Shown: positions 22,769 to 32,277 of the stretch, one piece after another
How the letters are laid out: each line of letters begins with the position of its first letter
How positions within the stretch are numbered: position 1 is the first letter of the stretch
Source of the DNA: Pseudomonadota bacterium
GTDB taxonomy: Bacteria > Pseudomonadota > Gammaproteobacteria > Ga0077536
Assembly (NCBI GenBank): GCA_018668255.1
Contig: JABISZ010000010.1
Span: 48,724 to 112,723 of the forward strand
Reading direction: 5' to 3'
DNA: 64,000 bases
The notes under the pieces: model-generated
What the model saw: the letters and a program-made list of their open reading frames with translations, nothing else
What the model was told of the DNA's origin: nothing
Database searches by the model: none
Program-made: the position numbers and the translations under genes

Positions 22769-23644
22769 TTGATTAATATGATCGGCTTAAAGAAAATAAA
22801 ACCTTTTATAGAACTTATACGGATAGACCGTCCAATCGGTATTTTACTACTTCTATGGCCTACTTTGTGGGGTCTTTGGATTGCTGGTCATGGGCAGCCT
22901 TCGTTAAAAATCGTCATCATTTTTATCTTTGGTACTTTTTTTATGAGATCTGCTGGATGTGTAGTAAACGATTTCGCGGACAAAAAGTACGATAAAGATG
23001 TAACACGAACTCAAAAAAGACCTTTAGCCAGCGGGATCCTTAAGTCACGCCACGCAATGTGGCTGTTTTTAACGCTTATCGGTTGCTCATTTTTATTAGT
23101 CTCTCAAACTAACAGGCTTACTCTGGAGCTTGCCGTCATTGGTGTCCTCTTGGCCAGCACATATCCATATGCGAAAAGATTTACCTACCTTCCGCAAATA
23201 CACCTCGGCATAGCATTTGGTTGGGCAATCCCTATGAGCTTTGCGGCGCAGATATCAGCCTTACCTCGTGAATGCTGGACTATATTCATAGTTACGATCA
23301 TTTGGGCTATCATATATGATACTGAGTATGCGATGGTTGACAGGGACGATGATCTAAAAATAGGCGTTAAATCAACAGCGATACTATTTGGTGAAGATGA
23401 TCGCTTTATAATTGGCTTACTCCAAATTTTGATGATTTTTGGGCTTTTCATGATTGGAAACGCAGCGGACCTCCATCAACAATTCTACTTATCGATTGCA
23501 ATAACTGCCTTAATCTTCTGTCATCAACAACTTAAACTAAAGGAAAGGACCCGAGATGCTTATTTCAAAGCATTCAAAAGTAACAACTACGTAGGGTTGG
23601 TTATTTTTATTGGGATAGGTACCAGCTATTATTTTCAACCATAG
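22769..23644 (+). CDS. ubiA: 4-hydroxybenzoate polyprenyltransferase UbiA
   Basis: 291 aa with the UbiA motif NDFADKKYD and multiple TM segments. Confidence 0.85.
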   Translation: MINMIGLKKIKPFIELIRIDRPIGILLLLWPTLWGLWIAGHGQPSLKIVIIFIFGTFFMRSAGCVVNDFADKKYDKDVTRTQKRPLASGILKSRHAMWLFLTLIGCSFLLVSQTNRLTLELAVIGVLLASTYPYAKRFTYLPQIHLGIAFGWAIPMSFAAQISALPRECWTIFIVTIIWAIIYDTEYAMVDRDDDLKIGVKSTAILFGEDDRFIIGLLQILMIFGLFMIGNAADLHQQFYLSIAITALIFCHQQLKLKERTRDAYFKAFKSNNYVGLVIFIGIGTSYYFQP

Positions 23645-23737
23645 GGGTATCTTCGACTATCGAAAAAAACAATTTTCTAGTATGGTGACGAACTTAAGAC
23701 TGAAACATAGTAATTGTCGAATAAGGAGTAATAGGGT

Positions 23738-23833
23738 ATGAATCCACTCGATACAATCAAAGGAACACTAATAGCAGGTTTTGTGCTTGCTGCTGTCTTG
23801 GCTTATGTTGCTAAATGTATTGCAGGAATGTAG
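23738..23833 (+). CDS. Candidate small membrane peptide (31 aa, MNPLDTIKGTLIAGFVLAAVLAYVAKCIAGM). Not in the supplied ORF track.
   Basis: ATG is preceded by AAGGAG at a 9-nt spacing. It has a single hydrophobic helix and lies 51 nt upstream of the next membrane-protein gene. Ab initio only. Confidence 0.3.
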   Translation: MNPLDTIKGTLIAGFVLAAVLAYVAKCIAGM

Positions 23834-23884
23834 TTAGATTAGAAGAATTTAGATAAAAGATAAAAAATCTAGGGAGCTAAAAAA

Positions 23885-24397
23885 ATGGAAGAACTATTGT
23901 GGCTTGATAGAGGCCTTCACATATTTTTCGGAGTGTTATGGGTAGGCCTTTTGTATTACTTTAATTTTGTTCAAGTGCCTGCAATGGCTGAAGCTGCTGC
24001 AGACAAAGATGGACCGGGACCGGCAGCGATTGGAAAGTATGTTGCTCCGCGTGCCTTACTCTATTTTAGGCATGCGGCTCTCGGCACTTGGGTAACTGGA
24101 GCCTGGTACATGATGGCTATATACGGGCATAGCGCCTGGACTTTGGGTATAGGAAAAGAAAGCTTAGCAACAACATGTATTGGAATAGGTGCCTGGTTGG
24201 GAACAATTATGTTATTCAACGTATGGGTTTTAATTTGGCCAAATCAGAAAAAGGTATTGGGCATAGTTCCGGCTACAGATGCAGAAAAAGCCACCGCAAA
24301 AAGAGTAGCCTTTCTAGCGTCCCGTTCAAATACAGCAATGTCTATACCAATGCTGATGTTCATGATGGCTTCAAACCATGGCTTGCCCTTCTTTTAG
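23885..24397 (+). CDS. Conserved polytopic membrane protein, possibly HemJ/CopD-like (UPF0093-like)
   Basis: 170 aa with ~4 TM segments. The N-terminal pattern LWLDRGLHIFFGVLWVGLLYYF resembles the W-x3-H-x5-W-x-GL-x-Y start of HemJ-type proteins. Family assignment is tentative. Confidence 0.4.
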   Translation: MEELLWLDRGLHIFFGVLWVGLLYYFNFVQVPAMAEAAADKDGPGPAAIGKYVAPRALLYFRHAALGTWVTGAWYMMAIYGHSAWTLGIGKESLATTCIGIGAWLGTIMLFNVWVLIWPNQKKVLGIVPATDAEKATAKRVAFLASRSNTAMSIPMLMFMMASNHGLPFF

Positions 24398-24416
24398 GAG
24401 CTTATGTTTATACTCT

Positions 24417-24445
24417 AAGCCCAGCAACCGCTGGGCTTTTTTTTA
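24417..24445 (+). terminator. Rho-independent terminator
   Basis: AAGCCCAGC-AACC-GCTGGGCTT hairpin (9-bp stem) followed by TTTTTTT, immediately after the 23885..24397 CDS. Confidence 0.7.
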
Positions 24446-24507
24446 TACTTTTAAAAATCGTATAGAAGATAGCATCTTCTATATCTACTAGGTGGGACAG
24501 ATAAACG

Positions 24508-25710
24508 ATGAATAAAGAACTAGACCCCAGACCCTTAGCAGGCCTAAGAGTGATAGAAATTGGACAGCTGCTTGCGGGTCCTTTCACCGGAACAATTCTT
24601 GGTTACTTTGGCGCAGAAGTTATAAAAGTAGAACCTCCTGAAGTGGGCGATCCGATCAGAGGTTGGAGGGAAGTCCGAGACGGTACTTCACTGTGGTGGG
24701 CAAGTCTGTCTCGTAATAAAAAATGTATTACTCTAGATCTCAAAACCCCAAAAGGACAAGAGGTACTAAAAAAACTCGCTAATACCGCTGATGTCTTCGT
24801 CGAAAATTTCAGACCCGGAACAATGGAAAAATGGGGTATAGGGCCAGATACCTTCAAAGAGGAAAATCCTGGACTTATATATGCCCGGATTTCAGGTTAT
24901 GGCCAAACTGGCCCAGCGGCATCCAAAGCTGGATTTGCATCCGCATGCGAGGCATTCGGGGGGTTTCGTTACGTTAACGGGTTCCCTGGTGAAGTGCCTG
25001 TCCGGCCAAATATTAGTATCGGAGATACACTGGCTGGTATTCATGCTGCACTCGGGGTCCTGCTAGCTTACATAGGTCGACAAAAAAGTGGTCAAGGACA
25101 AGTCGTTGATGTGGCTATCTTTGAAGGCCTATTTAACTTATTAGAGGCCGTGATTCCTGAATATAGTGGAGCTGGTATCGTCAGAGAACCTTCTGGCACA
25201 GCAATCACTGGAATCGTTCCCACGAATACGCACCGCTGCAAAGATGGCAAGCATATCGTCATCGGGGCCAATACCAATTCGATGTTTAAACGACTGGCAA
25301 AGGCCATGGATAAGCCAGAGATGGGCGACGATTCGAGATTCGCTGAGAATGCTGATCGAGTTGTCAACCAAAAAGAGATTGAGACGATCATTGAATCATG
25401 GACCTTGCAGACAAACTCAAAAGAAGCCTTAGAGGCACTTGACGTCGCCGGTGTAGCTGCCGGACCAATTTACAGCGTAAAAGATATGTTTGAAGATGAA
25501 CAGTATCACGCGCGTGAACTGTTCCAAGAAGTATCCATAGATGGAAAGCCCCTAACTATTCCCGCGATAATACCGCGACTCTCTAGAACACCTGGGAAAA
25601 CCGACTTTCCAGGATCGAAATTGGGCGCACATAACGAGGAAGTGCTGCAAAATATACTAGGATATACAGAACAAGAAATTGCAGATTTAAAAACTGAGAA
25701 AATCATCTGA
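24508..25710 (+). CDS. CoA-transferase family III (CaiB/BaiF)
   Basis: 400 aa with a typical family III CoA-transferase N-terminus (RVIEIGQLLAGPF) and a conserved Asp region. Confidence 0.8.
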   Translation: MNKELDPRPLAGLRVIEIGQLLAGPFTGTILGYFGAEVIKVEPPEVGDPIRGWREVRDGTSLWWASLSRNKKCITLDLKTPKGQEVLKKLANTADVFVENFRPGTMEKWGIGPDTFKEENPGLIYARISGYGQTGPAASKAGFASACEAFGGFRYVNGFPGEVPVRPNISIGDTLAGIHAALGVLLAYIGRQKSGQGQVVDVAIFEGLFNLLEAVIPEYSGAGIVREPSGTAITGIVPTNTHRCKDGKHIVIGANTNSMFKRLAKAMDKPEMGDDSRFAENADRVVNQKEIETIIESWTLQTNSKEALEALDVAGVAAGPIYSVKDMFEDEQYHARELFQEVSIDGKPLTIPAIIPRLSRTPGKTDFPGSKLGAHNEEVLQNILGYTEQEIADLKTEKII

Positions 25711-25791
25711 TTGCGTCAGTTCTCAACACCGTCAGAAAAACTAAAAGTATTTTTTAACAGCATTAATTAGCAAGGAATAAAAGGGGAAAAA

Positions 25792-26385
25792 ATGAGCACC
25801 AATCCGAAAATTATAGCATTAGATATAGAGCTTCCCGATCGAGAAAGCCTCCCCGAAGATTTACAAAAACTGTTCGCTGTTTGCGAAACGAAACTTGGTC
25901 TAATCCCTAATGTCCTAGCTGCCTATTCTCACGAACCAGAACAGCTAAGAACGTTCTCACGCTTTTATAATGAAATCATGTTCGCAAAAACTGGGTTAGA
26001 GCCACTAGAGCGGGAAATGATTGCCGTCGTTGTATCGTCGATAAACCATTGCTACTACTGCCTCACTGCTCATGGGCAAGCTGTTCGGCAGTACTCGGAA
26101 GATCCAATACTTGGTGAGCAAATGGTGATGAACTATCGTGCCGCTGGGCTGTCTGATCGCCATATCGCCATGCTCGACTTTGCGGTCAAGTTGACAAAGG
26201 ATAGTAGTGAAATAGTTGAGAACGATAGGCAGCAACTCAGAGACGCTGGATTTGATGAGAAACAGATCTGGGATATCGCAAATGTCGCTGCTTTTTACAA
26301 TATGACAAACCGTGTGGCAGCGGCTGTGGACATGCAACCGAACTGCGAATACCACTCAAAAAACAGAGAACCTTCGGCACAGTAA
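25792..26385 (+). CDS. Carboxymuconolactone decarboxylase / AhpD-like peroxidase-related family protein
   Basis: 197 aa with the CYYCLTAH (CxxC...H) AhpD-core motif. Confidence 0.65.
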   Translation: MSTNPKIIALDIELPDRESLPEDLQKLFAVCETKLGLIPNVLAAYSHEPEQLRTFSRFYNEIMFAKTGLEPLEREMIAVVVSSINHCYYCLTAHGQAVRQYSEDPILGEQMVMNYRAAGLSDRHIAMLDFAVKLTKDSSEIVENDRQQLRDAGFDEKQIWDIANVAAFYNMTNRVAAAVDMQPNCEYHSKNREPSAQ

Positions 26386-26418
26386 AACAAAAGAGAAAGA
26401 GGATATACTAGGTTAATA

Positions 26419-27852
26419 ATGACTCATTCGCTTCTGCCAAAGCTAGCTGGAATTGTGATACTTCTGTTCGTGGCGGGAAGGTCGATAGCATCTGACAGCT
26501 TTCCCATCGAAATTGAACAAGCACTAATACACCACCAAATAGCTCAAAAAAACGTCAGCCTGGTTGTACAAGCGCTTGATGAAAGTGAAGCGCGATTGTC
26601 CCTCAACCCTGATACTTTGCGTAATCCGGCGTCTCTAGCGAAGCTAATCACTTCCTGGGTCGCGTTGAAACGTTTAGGCCCGTCATACAAATGGAAAACG
26701 GAATTCTATGCTGCAGGAGAAATTAAAGACGGTATTTTACATGGTGACTTAGTAGTAAAAGGATATGGAGATCCATATCTCACCAACCAAGACCTCTGGT
26801 CGATACTAGGGAAATTAAGTCGAAATGGGTTAAAACGGATAACGGGACGGCTGCTGTTAGACGACACATACTTCATCACTGATGAAATTGATCCTTATGC
26901 TTTTGATGGAGATGGCACGCATATATACAACAACCTACCAAACGCACTCACACTGAATTTTAACGCATTAGATCTGACATTCTCGGCAAAAAAAACCAAC
27001 ACGCAGATAACTGCTAATTTCTGGCCGCCTATCGAAAACATAAAATTAAACAACTCTGTTAAATTAATTAACGGTCCATGTACAAGAAAAATGCCAGATA
27101 TTAAAATAGATTCTATTACTATTGAAAACAAGACACATCTAAAAGCGCGCGGCGAAATGCCCCTATCATGCAAAGAATATAGCGTTTCTAGAAACCTGAT
27201 GTCTCGGGAACACTACTTTTTCAACAACTTTAAAATGATTTGGAACCAGTGGGGAGCACAAATTGATGGAGATGTCGGTAGAACTATTCTAGCTAAAGAG
27301 CACACCCTGCTCTATAGCCATGACTCTCAATCGCTAGCTGATATTATTACTGCTATGAATAAGTGGAGTAATAATCAAATGGCCAGATCACTAATTTATA
27401 CTTTGGGAGTGTCTCCCGACGGTGCACACGCTACTCGAGCAAGAGGTATCAAAGTTATTAATGAAGAGCTGGACAGCTACAATATTCCAAAAACAGCATT
27501 AACCATTATCAACGGTTCCGGGCTTTCTAGAAATGTCAGAGCATCGGGGAATTCAATTACCCAGGTCCTACGTGCCGCCTGGAATGATAAGAATTCCAGC
27601 GAATTTGTCTCTTCTTTATCTATTGTCGGATATGATGGCACTGCCGCAAAGCGTTCTTTATCTGCCACTTCAAAAACCACAATGAGAGTAAAAACAGGCA
27701 GCTTAGATGACGTCTCAGCCATAGCTGGCTACATCCATCAAGGAAATAAGGTTTTTACTGTCGTCTGCATTGTGAATTCACCTATCGTAAACGAAGGAAT
27801 AGGAAAGAAGTTTGAGAATGAGGTGCTAAATTGGGCTTCTAGACTGCGCTAG
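26419..27852 (+). CDS. dacB: D-alanyl-D-alanine carboxypeptidase/endopeptidase PBP4
   Basis: 477 aa with a signal peptide and the SxxK active-site motif (PASLAKL). Same length as E. coli DacB. Confidence 0.8.
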   Translation: MTHSLLPKLAGIVILLFVAGRSIASDSFPIEIEQALIHHQIAQKNVSLVVQALDESEARLSLNPDTLRNPASLAKLITSWVALKRLGPSYKWKTEFYAAGEIKDGILHGDLVVKGYGDPYLTNQDLWSILGKLSRNGLKRITGRLLLDDTYFITDEIDPYAFDGDGTHIYNNLPNALTLNFNALDLTFSAKKTNTQITANFWPPIENIKLNNSVKLINGPCTRKMPDIKIDSITIENKTHLKARGEMPLSCKEYSVSRNLMSREHYFFNNFKMIWNQWGAQIDGDVGRTILAKEHTLLYSHDSQSLADIITAMNKWSNNQMARSLIYTLGVSPDGAHATRARGIKVINEELDSYNIPKTALTIINGSGLSRNVRASGNSITQVLRAAWNDKNSSEFVSSLSIVGYDGTAAKRSLSATSKTTMRVKTGSLDDVSAIAGYIHQGNKVFTVVCIVNSPIVNEGIGKKFENEVLNWASRLR

Positions 27853-27860
27853 CCTTAAAA

Positions 27861-29039
27861 TTACGGATGCTCTCGACTAGAAACGATGACCTTATCTATC
27901 CTCTCAAGAATACTTACTAGAATGTCATGGCTCGTAGCAAAATTTAATCTCACATGCTGAACACCTTCGGCACCAAAGTCGACTCCGTTCCCTAGGGCAA
28001 CTCTGCCCTCCTCCAAAATATGCGTATAGGGATTTGAGCTCAACTTTAACGCGCGCATATCCAGCCAAGCCAAGTAAGTCGCCTCCGGCGGATAATAAAC
28101 AACCTCGGGCCATCTAGACGCCACAAATTGTGAAACTAGATCTCTGTTTTCTCGCAACATGCCCAAAGTATTCTCCAACCATTCCTCCCCCTGAGTCCAT
28201 GCAGCATGCACGGCGGCGATGCTAAGAGTATTTGTACCACCCCTAGTGTGTCTAGGAACCGAGTCAAACTGCTTGCGGAGGTTAGCCGAGCCAAAGTGGG
28301 CAAATGCCAAGCATAAACCCGCGATATTAAATGCTTTGCTGGCAGACATTAATGTCACTGTGCGTTCAGCGATGTCGCTGCCAAGACTGGCAATAGGTAT
28401 ATGATCGGTGTCGTTCAAAATCAGGTCAGCATGTATTTCATCAGATAATATAAGTAGATCGTTCCTACAACAGAAATCAGCTAATTCTTCCAATTCCCGT
28501 CGACTAAACGATCTCCCTGTAGGGTTATGCGGATTGCATAACATAAAAATTCGAGTACTTTTCGTTATGGAAGATTGTAGCCGGTCAAAATCTATCCCGT
28601 ATCCATTAGCCCTTAGAACAAGAGGTACTGAAACCAATCGACGATCAGTTTCTTGCACGGAGTGGAGGAAAGGTGGATATATGGGTGGTTGAACAACCAC
28701 TCCTTCCCCTTTTTTGGAGAAAGTCTGTAACCCTAAATACAGTCCTTGGACAACGTCGTTGATTAGCAAGACACTATCACTCTTAACGTCCCAATCGAAC
28801 TTTTTCTTTACCCGCTCACAGAACAACTCAGGTAAACTAGTCTGTTGCTGCCCTACTGGATAACCGTAATCTGAAGTCTCAACTCTATTAGCTAGAGCCG
28901 CCTTTATTGGTTGGGCGACTTCGAAATCCATATCTGCCACCCACGCGGGCAAAACGTCGGTTTGATAATGGCTCCATTTAACACCCGTCTTTAAACGTAA
29001 AGTGTGTTCGTTTACATTGTAAATACCCATAGAATACAA
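27861..29039 (-). CDS. PLP-dependent aminotransferase class I/II, MalY/PatB-type C-S lyase
   Basis: 392 aa with the PLP-lysine motif SASKAFNIAGL. Confidence 0.75.
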   Translation of the reverse strand: MYSMGIYNVNEHTLRLKTGVKWSHYQTDVLPAWVADMDFEVAQPIKAALANRVETSDYGYPVGQQQTSLPELFCERVKKKFDWDVKSDSVLLINDVVQGLYLGLQTFSKKGEGVVVQPPIYPPFLHSVQETDRRLVSVPLVLRANGYGIDFDRLQSSITKSTRIFMLCNPHNPTGRSFSRRELEELADFCCRNDLLILSDEIHADLILNDTDHIPIASLGSDIAERTVTLMSASKAFNIAGLCLAFAHFGSANLRKQFDSVPRHTRGGTNTLSIAAVHAAWTQGEEWLENTLGMLRENRDLVSQFVASRWPEVVYYPPEATYLAWLDMRALKLSSNPYTHILEEGRVALGNGVDFGAEGVQHVRLNFATSHDILVSILERIDKVIVSSREHP

Positions 29040-29081
29040 GTGTAATGGGTAATCAGTTTTGAATCATCAGGAAACTTTAAA

Positions 29082-29789
29082 ATGAGTGTTTTAATCACCG
29101 GTCACTCCAGTGGGCTCGGACGAGCCCTTGCAGAAAATTATCTAAAAAAAGGGAAGCTAGTATGGGGTATATCCAGAAGAACTCTGGACAGGAGTGATCT
29201 TGACTTAGTTCAAATTGAAGCTGACTTGTCCGACATGGCTGCTCTAAAATCAACCCTAAATAACGCTCAAGACATTCTCTCAGGGAGACCTCAGATCGTT
29301 TTTCTCAACGCAGCGACATTAGGCCCAATAGGACCGATGAGTAAAGTCACACAACAGGATATTCAAACGGTTATGAATACTAATGTTTGGGGAAATAAAG
29401 TTATTCTAGATTGGCTTATAGAAAAAAAAATAGCCCCAAAACAAATTATTTTAATTTCTTCAGGTGCAGCACTATCTGCAAATTATGGCTGGGGGCCATA
29501 TGCTCTTTCCAAATCCTCATTAAACATGCTGGGGAAACTTTACTCTCAGGAAATGGTGAACACACATATTATATCATTGGCGCCAGGTTACGTGGATACG
29601 GCAATGCAGGAGAAATTGAGAGCAGTGGACGCTAATTCATTCCCTTCAATGAAGCCATTACATGAAGCTCAGGGTACTACTTTAATGCCAAGCGCGGAGG
29701 ACGCCGCAAGAGAGATTATTAGTCATGTAGATGGCCTGAGAAAATATCCCACGGGGACATTTGTTGACCTTCGGCATGTCACCGAATGA
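29082..29789 (+). CDS. SDR-family oxidoreductase
   Basis: 235 aa with the N-terminal Rossmann motif TGHSSGLGRALA and a YxxxK active site. Confidence 0.7.
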   Translation: MSVLITGHSSGLGRALAENYLKKGKLVWGISRRTLDRSDLDLVQIEADLSDMAALKSTLNNAQDILSGRPQIVFLNAATLGPIGPMSKVTQQDIQTVMNTNVWGNKVILDWLIEKKIAPKQIILISSGAALSANYGWGPYALSKSSLNMLGKLYSQEMVNTHIISLAPGYVDTAMQEKLRAVDANSFPSMKPLHEAQGTTLMPSAEDAAREIISHVDGLRKYPTGTFVDLRHVTE

Positions 29790-29793
29790 AAAG

Positions 29794-30603
29794 TCAAACC
29801 CGGCGTTCATAAACTTGAACAGGAGCTCCTTGCTGCATACTAAGAAGCTGGGAAGCATTTTGCTCAGCACATGCTACTTCTACAACATTAGACGAATTAA
29901 ATAATGCTAAGAAGGTCCCTGGTTTCACGTTACTGTAAGTTCTTTGGAAATTTATTTCATGGCCACCGATGCTTACTACGGGGTCGGAAAACTTTTGAAT
30001 CTCACTCTTTTCAATATTTGTGATTAGGTTCCCGAAATGATCGGTAGTCACAACAACTCCAGACAAAACACCTCCTCTGATTTCAGGATATTCAAGAAGA
30101 GACGGTACGATATTATCTATCAGTAGTCCACAATTTACCTCGGTAAGAACCCTTGATGCTAAAGCTGCAGCAACAGGTGCAAAAACATCTCGACCATGAA
30201 ACGTGTCACTCACAGTAGATAATTGATATTTTTTGAGCAAATCTTCGGTCATTAAGTAGACATTAGCTCCGGTTTTTTCTACAACCTCAGCCAGCAAACC
30301 GTTATCAGGGCCGAGAAAGACATGTCCGTCTCCAAAAGCAACAATTAAACTGCGGTCTGAGCCAACACCCGGATCGACAACGCCCAGATGAACAGTCCCC
30401 GAAGGAAAATAATGATAACAGCGAGCAATCCAAAACCCAGCCTCTGCAGGCCAATGAACGTGTGCTTCATTAGTAAGATCAACGATACGCGCATCTAAAA
30501 ATCTACTATGAATGACTCCTTTCATAGTCCCAACAAAAGGACCTCGGTGACCGAAGTCTGTAGTTAGAGTAATAATCCCATTCGCTTGGAAATCGCTCCG
30601 CAT
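29794..30603 (-). CDS. SAM hydroxide adenosyltransferase / SAM-dependent halogenase superfamily protein (DUF62)
   Basis: 269 aa with DUF62 blocks ITLTTDFG, MKGVI, VDPGVGS, GPDNGLL and TFHGRDVFAP. Confidence 0.75.
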   Translation of the reverse strand: MRSDFQANGIITLTTDFGHRGPFVGTMKGVIHSRFLDARIVDLTNEAHVHWPAEAGFWIARCYHYFPSGTVHLGVVDPGVGSDRSLIVAFGDGHVFLGPDNGLLAEVVEKTGANVYLMTEDLLKKYQLSTVSDTFHGRDVFAPVAAALASRVLTEVNCGLLIDNIVPSLLEYPEIRGGVLSGVVVTTDHFGNLITNIEKSEIQKFSDPVVSIGGHEINFQRTYSNVKPGTFLALFNSSNVVEVACAEQNASQLLSMQQGAPVQVYERRV

Positions 30604-30706
30604 ACTCTCTCCCTTAAGGATGGCGACACAGAAAGATAAAAGCTATGCATGCCTGATTATTTGTAAACTTGAGATAATTTAAAGTAACAGTTATACAATA
30701 ATCACC

Positions 30707-31456
30707 GTGGATAATCCAAAAATAGAAAAAAAGCTTGAAAAAATTTCGTGCCCGATCTGCGCAGGGAACAGTTTCAAACATTTATTTGAGAAAGCCGGTG
30801 AACCCTTTGTTCAGTGCCATAATTGCGAGCTTACACTAATAAATCCTCGGCCTTCTCTAAGCGATATCACAGCAGGCTATGATGCTAGCTATAGTGCGGG
30901 CTATACAAAAAAAGCTACTAAAAAGAAACGCCGGGCATCTCACCGTGTGAAGCGCCTTAAAAAAGAGTACAAGATTTCTGGACGATGGTTAGACGTAGGA
31001 TGTTCTGCTGGATTTGTTGTCGAAGCGGCTGTATGTAATGGATTTCAAGCCTTTGGTGTAGATATTGAAAAAGCGGGAATAGAATACGGCCAAAAAACAT
31101 TGCACCTGGAAAATCTCGCAGAAGGAACGCTTAGTGAGCAGGACTATCCTAGCGCACACTTTCATGCTATTTCTGCCTATGATGTTCTAGAACATGTCCC
31201 TGACTTAAATAACTTTCTAAAAGAACTGAAAAGGATCTTGCATCCTAAGGGAGTTCTAGATCTTGGTACTCCAGACATAGGGCACTGGAGAGTACCTAAA
31301 ATCCTTTCACATTGGAATGAGCTCAAACCCTCAGAACATTTATACTATTTCAATAAAGGAACCTTAAACCAACTGCTAGACAAAAATGAACTACGTATAG
31401 ATAAAGTCAGATGGTCGATAAAGCCAAGTCTTAAGGTGACAATTACTCATCAATAG
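30707..31456 (+). CDS. Class I SAM-dependent methyltransferase with N-terminal zinc ribbon
   Basis: 249 aa. N-terminal CPICAGNSF...CHNCEL zinc-ribbon, MTase motif I LDVGCSAGF. GTG start. Confidence 0.7.
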   Translation: MDNPKIEKKLEKISCPICAGNSFKHLFEKAGEPFVQCHNCELTLINPRPSLSDITAGYDASYSAGYTKKATKKKRRASHRVKRLKKEYKISGRWLDVGCSAGFVVEAAVCNGFQAFGVDIEKAGIEYGQKTLHLENLAEGTLSEQDYPSAHFHAISAYDVLEHVPDLNNFLKELKRILHPKGVLDLGTPDIGHWRVPKILSHWNELKPSEHLYYFNKGTLNQLLDKNELRIDKVRWSIKPSLKVTITHQ

Positions 31457-31468
31457 CCAACTACTTTT

Positions 31469-32269
31469 CTAATCATTTCTCCAAGAAGGTAACTCTTTAA
31501 GTAAAAAGCTATTAATCCCCTCTAAAGCTTCTCTGCTAAGACGTTTCTCTGAATGTCCTGCAATCAGTTTATCCAGTAATTTTCTATTCGTATTTTTGTC
31601 GGACAGTGCCAAAAACCCGTCCTTGCTGACAGCGCTTGTTTTCGGGCCCGTGGATAAAATTTTACAGATGATTTTATCCGCATGCTGGTCTAAATTTCCA
31701 GGCTCGACCAGCTCACTAACTAAACCAATTTCTGAGGCAACTTCTCCCGAAAAATCCTCTCCAGTAAGCGCATAACGTTTAGCGTGACGTATTCCAATAG
31801 CATCGATTAATTGCGGGAAAATAATATTTGCTACCATACCAAAACGCGCCTCACTAATAGCAAAAACTGATGTTGTCTCTGCTAGTACAATATCGCAAGA
31901 TGCCACAATACCGCAGCCGCCTCCCATACATGCTCCCTGCACCAAAGCAATAGTGACTGTCTTCAAATTACGCAGCTGCCAAAAAGTCTCAGCTGTCTTT
32001 TTTGAGACTCTCTGATTTTCAGCAGCACTACAGAGGCTTACCTTCTTCAGCCATTGAATGTCTGCTCCGGCCTGAAAATGACGACCGGCTCCTCTAATCA
32101 AAATTATCCTCACATGACTATCAAGATCTAATTTTTTTATACAATCACTAAACTGATCAAGAAAATCTTCGTTATACGCGTTATTAGAACTGGAACGATT
32201 GAACATTATCGTTGCTACTCCAGATACTGTGATATCAGTTATCGAAACCAAATTACCCATAACGTGCAA
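31469..32269 (-). CDS. Enoyl-CoA hydratase/isomerase (crotonase) family
   Basis: 266 aa with crotonase fold motifs (oxyanion-hole Gly regions). Confidence 0.75.
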   Translation of the reverse strand: MHVMGNLVSITDITVSGVATIMFNRSSSNNAYNEDFLDQFSDCIKKLDLDSHVRIILIRGAGRHFQAGADIQWLKKVSLCSAAENQRVSKKTAETFWQLRNLKTVTIALVQGACMGGGCGIVASCDIVLAETTSVFAISEARFGMVANIIFPQLIDAIGIRHAKRYALTGEDFSGEVASEIGLVSELVEPGNLDQHADKIICKILSTGPKTSAVSKDGFLALSDKNTNRKLLDKLIAGHSEKRLSREALEGINSFLLKELPSWRND

Positions 32270-32277
32270 CTCACTCC

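Noticed and set aside
24175-24465. 96-aa plus-strand ORF overlapping the 3-prime end of the 170-aa membrane protein gene
   Set aside because: It is out of frame with a better-supported CDS and runs through the intrinsic terminator hairpin, so it is unlikely to be coding.
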